Shown here: piece after piece, positions 17,794 through 26,124 of the stretch | How positions within the stretch are numbered: the first letter of the stretch is position 1 | Layout of the letters: each line of letters opens with the position of its first letter | NCBI GenBank assembly: GCA_040218735.1 | Contig: JAVJQW010000027.1 | Coordinates: 1 to 64,000, forward strand | Direction of reading: 5' to 3' | DNA: 64,000 nt | Source: Deltaproteobacteria bacterium | GTDB taxonomy: Bacteria; Myxococcota; Kuafuiibacteriia; Kuafuiibacteriales; Kuafuiibacteriaceae | The notes under the pieces: model-generated | Told to the model about the DNA's origin: nothing | Databases searched by the model: none | The model's input: only the letters and a program-made list of their open reading frames with translations | Made by a program: the position numbers and the translations under genes

Positions 17794-19077
17794 ATGTCGA
17801 TCCAGGGAAGCTACTTTTCCAACCCCTTCATGAACCCGTACCTCACGGGTGCATTCCCATCGGGCTCCAATCCGCTCGCGAGCAACCCGTTCGCCGCCCA
17901 GATGTTCGGCGGCAGCGCGCTCGACATGTTCTCGATGGGCAACACGTCCATCCCGGCGGCGCAGATGCTGCCGATGTTGATGGGCGCGATCATCCAGCAG
18001 CAGCTCGCGCTGATGTTCCTCGCCGAGCTCCTCGCGGGCGGCGGCGGACGTCGTCAGCAGGGCGGCGGTTGCAACCACTGCGGCGGGTTCCCGAACGGCA
18101 ACTTCAACTCGGGCCGTCGCCTCGGTCCGGGCGCCTGGAACAACAACGGCGTCACCGGCCCCGGCGCGGGCGTCATCCCCACGCCCGGCGCAGCCGCGCA
18201 CAACGGCACCGCGACGATCGACTCCGTGCGCAACTCGGGCGCGCGCAACCAAATGGTCTCCGGCCGCATCACGGTGAACGGCCGCACGTACCAGTACAAC
18301 AGCGGCGGTCACGGTCGCGGCAGCCTCCCGCCGGGCCAGTACCAGGTCACGCCGCACATGTTCAGTCGCAACACCCGAGGTATGGTGCGCGACGGCGTCG
18401 GTTACAGCTTCGCGCTGAACAACGCGTACGACCCGCGCGTCGGCGACACGCGCACCGCGCTCCGCATCCACCCGGACGGTGGCAGCGCCGGCACGATGGG
18501 CTGCATCGGCATCGTCGGTGACGCGGCGACGCAGCGTCAGTTCCGCGCGGACATGATGGCCGAGATCCAGCGCAACGGCGGCAGCTTCACGCTGAACGTC
18601 GGTGTCCCCGGCAACCAGGTCCCGAACTCGCCGACCAACGTCGCGAACAACGGCGTCACCGGCCCGACGAGCGCGTCGGCGGCGAACCTCAACCGTCACC
18701 TCGGCGGGGTCTTCAGCGGCCAGGGCCAGGCGTTCATCGACGCCGCGCGTCGCCACGGCATCGACCCGAACCTCCTCGCTGCGATCGCGATCCACGAGAC
18801 GGGGAACGGCACGTCGAACGCCGTGCGCAACCACAACAACCCCGGCGGCCTGATGAACCCGCGCACCAACTGGAGCACGCTGCAGCGCTTCGGCAGCCTC
18901 TCGCAGGGCATCGACGCGATGGCGCGCAACCTCAAGCGCGGCTACATCAGCCAGGGCCTGACGAGCATCTCAGCGATCGGTCGCAAGTACGCGCCCGTCG
19001 GCGCCGGCAACGACCCGCGCGGCCTCAACCGCCACTGGGTCCCGAACGTCACCGACATCCTGCGTCGGATCTCCTGA
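17794..19077 (+). CDS. Bifunctional peptidoglycan-acting protein: Tlde1/L,D-transpeptidase-like plus glucosaminidase/lysozyme-like domain
   Basis: ATG 17794 after GGAGG/AAGGA; LPPGQY...LRIHPDGGSAGTMGCIGI; AIAIHETGNG...NNPGGL...KYAP. Confidence 0.75.
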   Translation: MSIQGSYFSNPFMNPYLTGAFPSGSNPLASNPFAAQMFGGSALDMFSMGNTSIPAAQMLPMLMGAIIQQQLALMFLAELLAGGGGRRQQGGGCNHCGGFPNGNFNSGRRLGPGAWNNNGVTGPGAGVIPTPGAAAHNGTATIDSVRNSGARNQMVSGRITVNGRTYQYNSGGHGRGSLPPGQYQVTPHMFSRNTRGMVRDGVGYSFALNNAYDPRVGDTRTALRIHPDGGSAGTMGCIGIVGDAATQRQFRADMMAEIQRNGGSFTLNVGVPGNQVPNSPTNVANNGVTGPTSASAANLNRHLGGVFSGQGQAFIDAARRHGIDPNLLAAIAIHETGNGTSNAVRNHNNPGGLMNPRTNWSTLQRFGSLSQGIDAMARNLKRGYISQGLTSISAIGRKYAPVGAGNDPRGLNRHWVPNVTDILRRIS

Positions 19078-19350
19078 TCAAGTCCGAGCGTATCGCTGCG
19101 CCGCGCGGGCCTTTGCCTTCGCGGCTTCTTCCTCGCGGTTCTTCGGCGGCGCGTTCGTTTCGAGCGAATCCACGAGCTGGCGGGTCGCCAACGCGATCAT
19201 CTCCACCGCGCGATCGAACGCCTCTTCGTTGGCCTTGCTCGGCTTCCGCGAGCCGCTGATCTTCCGCACGTACTGGAGCGCCGCGTCGCGGACCTCCTCG
19301 TCCGTGGCGGGCGGCTCGAAGTTGAACAGCGGGCGAATGTTGCGGCACAT
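19078..19350 (-). CDS. DUF2277 family protein
   Basis: MCRNIRPLFNFEPPATDEEVRDAALQYVRKISG signature. Confidence 0.9.
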   Translation of the reverse strand: MCRNIRPLFNFEPPATDEEVRDAALQYVRKISGSRKPSKANEEAFDRAVEMIALATRQLVDSLETNAPPKNREEEAAKAKARAAQRYART

Positions 19351-19420
19351 GCGCGGAAGGTAACGCATTCGAGGCCTCCCTGTGGACGTCGCGGGGGCCT
19401 TCGTCGCAATCTCGTCGTCG

Positions 19421-20473
19421 GTGCGTCGGTTCGCCCTGCTCCTGCTCGCGCTCGTCGCCTGTCGCGACAACGCGCCGGCCTGCCCGGAGGGTGCGGCGTG
19501 CGCGACCGCGTGCGCTTCGGACGCGGAATGTGGCGCCGACGAGATCTGCAACCAGGCGATGCGCTGTCAGCGCCGCCCGCGCTGTCGCTCCAACGCGGAC
19601 TGCGAAGCGGCCGAGCAGTGTGATCCGACCAGCGGCTCGTGCGTCGCGCCGCAGGTCTGCTTCGCCGACCTGCACTGCGCCTTCGGCGAGCTGTGCGAGG
19701 ACGGTGCCTGTGTCCCGGGTTGCCGCTCGGACGGGGACTGCCCGCTGTACTCCGTCTGCGATGCCGGCGCGTGCACGAACGAATGCGGCTCGAATGCGTT
19801 TTGTGATCTCGGCTCGGTCTGCGCGGCCGGCACCTGCTACCCGTCGCCGAACCCGAGCCACTGCGCGCCCTGCGACGCCGATCGCCCGTGCCCCTACGCA
19901 TCGGACTACTGCCTGCTCAACCACAACTACGACGCCAACGAGCCGTCGCGCGGGACGGCGCGTTACTGCGCGGTGGACTGTCTCGGCGACGCCAACGTCT
20001 GCCCGAATGGCTACGCGTGTCAGCCGGTCACCCTCCTCACCGAGGACCCCTGCGAACGCGACATCCAGTGCCAGCGCGAAGATCGCCGGTGTCTGATCGA
20101 GGAAGGCGCGACCCGGGGCTTCTGCTCGTGCGGCAACGACTTCGACTGCCTCCCGGAGTCCCTCCCGCCGCGGTGCCGCCTCGGCTTCTGCGAATCACCG
20201 AGCGGTCAACTCTGCGGGAGCGACCGCGACTGCCGACCGCTCGTGCTCTGCGACAGACACGGCGGGAGCCCGGTCGACATCTGCGCCAACGACGGCTCGC
20301 GCTGCGACTCCGCGGAGGACTGCCTCTGCCACGAAGGTCGCTGCCTCAACACCGGACGCGTATGCGAGCAGGGCAGCGACTGCATCTTGCCGTGTGTCGA
20401 CGGCGTGTGTTTCGTCGGCGCCGCGTGCGCGCCCGTCGAGGGGTTGTACTGTCCCGAACTTCGCGAGATGTGA
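19421..20473 (+). CDS. Highly Cys-rich lipoprotein (CxxDxDC repeats)
   Basis: GTG 19421, lipobox LALVAC; many CxSDxxC repeats. Confidence 0.85.
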   Translation: MRRFALLLLALVACRDNAPACPEGAACATACASDAECGADEICNQAMRCQRRPRCRSNADCEAAEQCDPTSGSCVAPQVCFADLHCAFGELCEDGACVPGCRSDGDCPLYSVCDAGACTNECGSNAFCDLGSVCAAGTCYPSPNPSHCAPCDADRPCPYASDYCLLNHNYDANEPSRGTARYCAVDCLGDANVCPNGYACQPVTLLTEDPCERDIQCQREDRRCLIEEGATRGFCSCGNDFDCLPESLPPRCRLGFCESPSGQLCGSDRDCRPLVLCDRHGGSPVDICANDGSRCDSAEDCLCHEGRCLNTGRVCEQGSDCILPCVDGVCFVGAACAPVEGLYCPELREM

Positions 20474-20579
20474 TCGACACGTAGCCTCGGCGGCCACCTT
20501 GAACGCCGTCGCGCTTTGGTCGAGGCTCTGTACCGGGGGACAGGTGGCGCCCGGGGGGCTCGGTCGCGCTGAAACACAT

Positions 20580-21386
20580 TTGAGAACTCTTGTCGTTGCC
20601 AGCCAGAAGGGGGGCGTTGGAAAGACCACGCTCGCCCTCAACCTCAGCTACGCGTTCGCCGAGGCCGGCTTCAAAACGCTGCTCGTCGACACCGATCCGC
20701 AGGGTGCCGTCGGCCTGTCGCTCTCCCCGTCGGTCGCGCGACGGGCCGGCCTTGCGGACGTCATCGCGGGGGAGGTGGGCGTCGACGACGCCGTCCTGCA
20801 GACGAAACACGAGCGGCTCGCGCTGATGCCCGTCGGGCGCATCGCGCCGAAGGAAGTCGCGGCCTTCTCCCGCGCCATCGTCGACGGGCGTCGCCTCGAA
20901 CCCGTCCTCGACGGGCTGCACGACCGTTACGACGTCAAGATCATCGACACACCGTGCGGGTTCGGCGGGATTACGGTCGAGGCGCTACGCAACTCCACGC
21001 ACGTCGTCTCGCCGATCCTCGCGGAGCCGATCGTCATGCGCTCGGTCCCGCAGCTCTTCGAGATGGTGCAATCGCTCATCGAAGAGGGTGTGGCCACGTG
21101 CATCGTCGGACTCGTCGTGACGATGCTCCAGGCTCAGGAACAGTACTCGTCGAGCGTTGCTCGCGAGCTGCGAACGCTGTTCCCGCCCGAGCTGCTCTTC
21201 GACGTCGACATTCCGCGCCAACCGATCTTCCTCGAGGCGACGTCGCTCGGTGTACCCGTCGGGCTGCTCCGTACGCCCGCGCCACCCGTCACTCATCTCA
21301 TCAACCTCATCGCTGCGGAGATCGCGAATCGCATGCAGCTCTTCAGGAAAGACGACCATGTCCGGCACCGGACCCTCGTGGATTGA
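20580..21386 (+). CDS. ParA/MinD family ATPase (no adjacent parB)
   Basis: Deviant Walker A SQKGGVGKTT, VDTDPQG, IIDTP; start TTG 20580 or GTG 20544. Confidence 0.9.
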   Translation: MRTLVVASQKGGVGKTTLALNLSYAFAEAGFKTLLVDTDPQGAVGLSLSPSVARRAGLADVIAGEVGVDDAVLQTKHERLALMPVGRIAPKEVAAFSRAIVDGRRLEPVLDGLHDRYDVKIIDTPCGFGGITVEALRNSTHVVSPILAEPIVMRSVPQLFEMVQSLIEEGVATCIVGLVVTMLQAQEQYSSSVARELRTLFPPELLFDVDIPRQPIFLEATSLGVPVGLLRTPAPPVTHLINLIAAEIANRMQLFRKDDHVRHRTLVD

Positions 21387-21924
21387 AACGGATCGGCTGA
21401 GCGGCCTCGTCGCCCTCACCGCGTGGCGGCGTCCCGCGGCGTCCGGCACAACGTCACGCTTCGGTGTGACGGAGGTCCACGCACGCTTCGACGACGACGG
21501 GCAAAACCGAACCCTCGTTACGCCGATCCCGGAGCCTCCGCCCGTAGGGGCCGTTTCGATGGCGGGCCCCATCGAAACGCGGCTCGACGCCCTCATGGCA
21601 TGGAGCGTGTCGACGCTGAAGCTGTCGTCGGCCTACGTCGCCGATGACGAGGGACTGCTCCTCGCCTCGACCTCCGAGGTGGCGCTCCCGCCGGTCGTGA
21701 CCACGTGTATCGACACGTTGGTACGGCAGTGGACGCGGTACGCTGCGCGCCCCCGCGGCTGCCTGATCGTACGTGCTGACGGACTAGCCCACGCCGTCGC
21801 GTGGACGAACCTGGGCGAACGTACGTACTTCCTCGTCGTGAGTGGCGCACACCACGACGATTTCGCGCCGGTCGACCCTCTCGTCGAGGGGCTCGCGAGT
21901 GCGTTGGAGTCCAAAGACCGATGA
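21358..21924 (+). CDS. Protein with C-terminal roadblock/LC7-like domain
   Basis: ATG 21358 overlapping the ParA end; AYVADDEGLLLAST typical of roadblock beta1-beta2. Confidence 0.6.
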   Translation: MSGTGPSWIETDRLSGLVALTAWRRPAASGTTSRFGVTEVHARFDDDGQNRTLVTPIPEPPPVGAVSMAGPIETRLDALMAWSVSTLKLSSAYVADDEGLLLASTSEVALPPVVTTCIDTLVRQWTRYAARPRGCLIVRADGLAHAVAWTNLGERTYFLVVSGAHHDDFAPVDPLVEGLASALESKDR

Positions 21925-22499
21925 ATGACGAGCAACTCAGGATGACCGTCTCGACCATCCCGCGCCTGCGCGCGTGCGCTGTGGTCAGCACACGGGGCGG
22001 TGCGCTTCGCGCGACGTACCTGTCGCCTACGGAGAGTTGGGACGCGATCGACTTCGCGCAGGTGGTCGGGCGTCTGTTCGACGACGCGTCGGGCGCGCTC
22101 GGGCTCATCGGTGCCGGCGGCGCCGAGCAGCTGCTCCTCGAGGCCCGCGGGCGTCGCGTCGCGCTCCAGGCGCTCGACGCAAACCACGTCGCGGCGTTTG
22201 TGTTCGACCGCGAAGCGAAGCTCGGGATGATCCGCCATCGCCTCGACGATCTCCGCGCCGCGCTCACGGAGAACCTGGGCGATCACAACGGCACCGCTCA
22301 ACGCGGCGCGACGATCCTCGAGTACCTCGAGCGCAACGCCGCCGACACCCACGCGGCGCTGCTGAGAGTGTCACTCCAAACCGGCTTGCCAATGAGCCTC
22401 CTGAGAACGCCCGACAGCCTCTCCGAAGCCGAGCTCGAGAGCGTCGCCGCCTCCGTACGTCAGATCCTCGGCGTGCAGACTCTGGGAATCGAGTCATGA
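21921..22499 (+). CDS. Roadblock/LC7 (MglB-like) domain plus C-terminal helical domain
   Basis: ATGA overlap; IPRLRACAVVSTRGG...EQLLLEARG...AKLGMIR pattern. Confidence 0.65.
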   Translation: MNDEQLRMTVSTIPRLRACAVVSTRGGALRATYLSPTESWDAIDFAQVVGRLFDDASGALGLIGAGGAEQLLLEARGRRVALQALDANHVAAFVFDREAKLGMIRHRLDDLRAALTENLGDHNGTAQRGATILEYLERNAADTHAALLRVSLQTGLPMSLLRTPDSLSEAELESVAASVRQILGVQTLGIES

Positions 22500-23758
22500 C
22501 CAACATCGCCCACCTCTTCGAGAGCCGCTCCACGATGGAGTCGCACCAGATGGACTTCCTCGCGGAGACGCAGGTCGTCTTTCACTGCCACCACTTCAAC
22601 CTGTTCTTCGACCAGACGATCGACGACGCGCTCGGACCGGAGCGCGGCACCGAGCTGCGCGTCGAAGCCGGGCACAAGTCGGCGTACCACCTGCTGCGCG
22701 GGCTCTTCCGCAGCGGTCGCTACCGCACACCGATCGAACGGCTCGACGCCGCGACGACGCTCCTGCGCGCGATGGGCCACGGCCGCGTCGACTCCATGAC
22801 GAATCGCTCCGGAGGCACCGCGACCGGTGACTACCTGCACTACGGGTTCGGGTGGCAAGAGAAGTACGGCGACGCCGTCAAGCGGAACCACTGCGCGGAT
22901 GCCTTCGCCGCCGGCTTTCTCTCCGCTGCGAACGAGCTCGCGTACGACCTCGACCTCGGGTCCCTCGCGACGCGCGAGTCGCGCTGCATCGCGACGGGGG
23001 AGCGTCAGTGTCACTTCGAGGTCGAGCCGCGTCGGCAGCGACTGCTCACCAGCAACGTGCACCCGTCCACCGCGGAGGCGACGTTGCCGGCGTCGTTCGA
23101 AGGTGAGTTCGAAGATCGGATCGAGGCGATCACCAAAGGGCTGCGTGAGTTTCTCTCCGGGGTCCAAGGCGACGAGCGTGGGGTGATCGACGCCTTCGGC
23201 GTGCTCGTCACGATGCACCTCGCCGACTACTACAACCACCTCGCGAACGACACGCTGCGCGTTGTCGCCACCGAGAAGCCCCACGCACAAGACGCGTTCC
23301 GTTCCTTGCTCGTGGAGTCCGGGCAGGTCTGCTCCTTCCACACGTTCGGGGGGGTGCTCGCGTCGCCGGAGTGGGACGGTATGGTCGGGGCTCCGTCCGG
23401 TGAACCGTCGGAGGTCGTCGTCGGGGGCCTCGCACTCGCGCGCGCGTTGGGGTTCGGACGGTGGAGCCTCGAGGATTGGATCCCCGAGAAACAGCTCGTC
23501 CTCGGGAGCCCGGGTACTTATGAGAGTCTGTTCTCGCGTCTCGCGCCGATGTCACCGCATCGCGCGCCGAGCGGGATCTTTCCGGGCGCGGCGCTCGGGA
23601 TCATGTCCCTCGCGCACCGCGTCGACTGGGCGAACAAACAACCCCTCGATGCGGCCCTCTACCGGCAGCTCGTTTCGAACAACCCGTGGAAGGTCGAGCA
23701 GACGCATTCGATCGTCGCGGGTGACGACCGGGACCGCGTGGTGGTGAGTCTGAAGTGA
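22496..23758 (+). CDS. Tandem V4R (4-vinyl reductase-like) domain protein
   Basis: ATGA overlap; FHCHHFN, MGHG, AGFLSA, ESRCIATGERQCHFEV; second degenerate copy LGFGRW...VEQTHSIVAGDDRDRVVV. Confidence 0.75.
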   Translation: MTNIAHLFESRSTMESHQMDFLAETQVVFHCHHFNLFFDQTIDDALGPERGTELRVEAGHKSAYHLLRGLFRSGRYRTPIERLDAATTLLRAMGHGRVDSMTNRSGGTATGDYLHYGFGWQEKYGDAVKRNHCADAFAAGFLSAANELAYDLDLGSLATRESRCIATGERQCHFEVEPRRQRLLTSNVHPSTAEATLPASFEGEFEDRIEAITKGLREFLSGVQGDERGVIDAFGVLVTMHLADYYNHLANDTLRVVATEKPHAQDAFRSLLVESGQVCSFHTFGGVLASPEWDGMVGAPSGEPSEVVVGGLALARALGFGRWSLEDWIPEKQLVLGSPGTYESLFSRLAPMSPHRAPSGIFPGAALGIMSLAHRVDWANKQPLDAALYRQLVSNNPWKVEQTHSIVAGDDRDRVVVSLK

Positions 23759-24081
23759 CTTCGCTCGTCGCCACGCCACCGACGCCCGACCGCGGGTGTC
23801 GGAATCAGATCCTCTGGGAGTGCGGGTTGTCGCCGACGCTCCACGCGGAGGACTTCGTCGCGCGAGTGCTCGCCGCGGGGGCCCGCGACGTCGGACCGCC
23901 GGGCATCCCGTCGCTGCGGATGTTCGAAGCTCCCGAAGGCGGGCATCGGCTCGTGTTCGTCCCGAGGACGTCGCGGCTTCAGCTCCGGCTCGACGCGATG
24001 ACGCCGCAAGGGACCCGCGTCGATGCGGCGCGTGCGCTGCACGCGTGGCTCGTCGAAGTGCTGACGCGAGGTGAAGCGTGA
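23755..24081 (+). CDS. Hypothetical protein within the ParA-roadblock-V4R operon
   Basis: GTGA overlaps on both sides. Confidence 0.65.
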   Translation: MTSLVATPPTPDRGCRNQILWECGLSPTLHAEDFVARVLAAGARDVGPPGIPSLRMFEAPEGGHRLVFVPRTSRLQLRLDAMTPQGTRVDAARALHAWLVEVLTRGEA

Positions 24082-25163
24082 ACCGAGTCCTGATCGTCGA
24101 TGGCGACGTCGACACCCTCCGCCGCGCGCGCGCCGGGTTGTTGGTGCACGGCTTCTCGGTGCTGACCGCGACGAACCGCGAGGAGGCGTTGGAGCTGCTC
24201 TCGGCGAGCCCGGTCTCCGTGATGGTCGTGGAGCACGCGTTGGAAGGGCGGACCGGGCACAAACTGATCGAAGAGGTGCGGCGCCGGTGGTCGTCGACGG
24301 CGTGTGTGCTCGCGGTGACGAACGAGGACGGTCGTCGCGTGGCGCGCGAGGTGGGCGCGTCGCGCGTCGTGGCGAAGCCGTACGACAACGACCGCCTGGT
24401 CAACGTGCTGGCGTCGCTGCGCGGCGGCGCCGGATTCACCGGCACGGGCCTGACGGGGTTCAACCTCACGGACCTGTTGCAGCTGGTGTCGATGTCCGGG
24501 CAGGCGATGACCTTGCGCGTGAACCGGGGTGACGAAGACGGGGAGATGTGTGTCTCGAACGGTCGCCTCGTGCACGCGCGTGCGGGTGACATGTCCGGCG
24601 TGGACGCGGGGCTCGAGATGTTGTCGTGGACCGACGGTGAGGTCGCGTCGTCGCCCGAGGTTTTGCCGGAGCCGCAGTGGACGTCGGACCTCCCGGTGAT
24701 GGAGCTGCTGATGAACGCGGCGCGCCACCGGGACGAGCAGGTGGCTGGGCAACAACGCAAGCGAACGCAGGCCGCGCTGCGTGGGTTGGTGGCGTTGGAC
24801 GGGGTGCTCGCGAGCGTCGTGTACGCGCGGCCGTCGTTCGACGAGCTGGTCGTCGCGACCTCGGAGGGGGCGCCCGAGCGCGACGCGGACCGTCGTTGGA
24901 TCGTCCTCGCGTTGGACGCGCTGAAAGAGGCCGATTCGTTCACTTCGATGCACTGGGACGGACCGCGGCACGGCATCACCGTCGTACCGATCCGAACGAA
25001 CGGCGTCCTGGTGGTGTGGACGCAGGCGGGGGGCCGCCACGATCCCTACCGCTCGGTGCTCGACGATCTCCGCGTTCACCTCGAGGAGACGCTCGGTGAG
25101 ATCGGCGAATCGTCTCAGGGCGCGGGTGGGCAGGTCTTGCGCGTCGTCCCCGAATCCGACTGA
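24078..25163 (+). CDS. Pseudo-receiver plus DUF4388 (PATAN-like) domain protein
   Basis: RVLIVDGD...VAKPY REC fold with Glu at the phosphoacceptor position; GFNLTDLLQL...GRLVHA...MELLMNAARHRDE. Confidence 0.85.
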   Translation: MNRVLIVDGDVDTLRRARAGLLVHGFSVLTATNREEALELLSASPVSVMVVEHALEGRTGHKLIEEVRRRWSSTACVLAVTNEDGRRVAREVGASRVVAKPYDNDRLVNVLASLRGGAGFTGTGLTGFNLTDLLQLVSMSGQAMTLRVNRGDEDGEMCVSNGRLVHARAGDMSGVDAGLEMLSWTDGEVASSPEVLPEPQWTSDLPVMELLMNAARHRDEQVAGQQRKRTQAALRGLVALDGVLASVVYARPSFDELVVATSEGAPERDADRRWIVLALDALKEADSFTSMHWDGPRHGITVVPIRTNGVLVVWTQAGGRHDPYRSVLDDLRVHLEETLGEIGESSQGAGGQVLRVVPESD

Positions 25164-25206
25164 GGCCTCGACCTCGACGCGGGGAGCGGCTTAGTCTCCG
25201 CGCGCC

Positions 25207-26124
25207 ATGATGGTCTCGAACGAAGGCTCCATTTGGGGCCTGCTCGCCTGGCAGTGGAAGAACACGCTGATCTTCACGGTCGCGTCGACGATCGCGTTCG
25301 TGATCTACGAGGTGCTCGGCTACACGTGGTTCAAGCTCCCCGCGCTCCCGCTCGGCGTGGTGGGTGGCGCCATCGGCATCTTCGTGAGCTTCAGGACGAA
25401 CTCGGCGTACGACCGCTGGTGGGAGGGCCGAAAGCTGTGGGGGCGCATGATCAACACGTCCCGGCACTGGGGCCTGCAGGTCATGGCGTACCTTCCGAAG
25501 GCGGAGGGGGGCGCGGTCAGTGAGACGCAGCAGCGGCTGATTCGTCGGCACATCGCGTACGTCCACACGCTGCGCTGTGCGCTGCGCGGGCAGAAGCCGT
25601 TCGACGACGAGGACTTCAAGCAGGCGCTCCCCGATGACGCCGAAGCACTCCAGTCCGAGAGCAACCTCAACACGGCGCTGCTCGGCCGCCAGCTCGCGGA
25701 CGTCAAGGCGCTCGCGCAGGAGGCGAAGATCGATTCGTTCGAGCTGTCGAACCTGGACCTGTCGATCCGACACCTCCTCGACATTCAGGGCGGGTGCGAG
25801 CGCATCAAGAAGACGCCGATGCCGCGCGGCTACGCCTTCATCGCGGAGCGCCTCGTGCGTTACTTCTCGTTCCTCTTCCCGCTCGCGCTCGTCGCCGACC
25901 TCCACGCGTGGGTCATCCCGATCAACTTGCTCGTCTGCATGGCGTTTGCGTTGATCAGCGAGGCGGGGCGCGTGTTGGAAGATCCGTTCACGCTCTTCTG
26001 GAACGGCCTGCCGCTGATGGCGATCAGCCGCATGATCGAGGTGAACCTCGAGGAGCGCATGGAGACGCCACGCGACCAGCTGAAGCCCATGCTCGCGCCG
26101 AACGAGAAGGGCATCCTCATGTAG
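25207..26124 (+). CDS. Bestrophin family ion channel
   Basis: FRTNSAYDRWWEGRKLWG, GGCERIKKTPMP, LEDPF. Confidence 0.95.
   Translation: MMVSNEGSIWGLLAWQWKNTLIFTVASTIAFVIYEVLGYTWFKLPALPLGVVGGAIGIFVSFRTNSAYDRWWEGRKLWGRMINTSRHWGLQVMAYLPKAEGGAVSETQQRLIRRHIAYVHTLRCALRGQKPFDDEDFKQALPDDAEALQSESNLNTALLGRQLADVKALAQEAKIDSFELSNLDLSIRHLLDIQGGCERIKKTPMPRGYAFIAERLVRYFSFLFPLALVADLHAWVIPINLLVCMAFALISEAGRVLEDPFTLFWNGLPLMAISRMIEVNLEERMETPRDQLKPMLAPNEKGILM

Noticed and set aside
20580-21386. ParA as a sign of plasmid, prophage or chromosome partitioning
   Set aside because: No parB, replication, integrase or phage genes; embedded in a signalling operon
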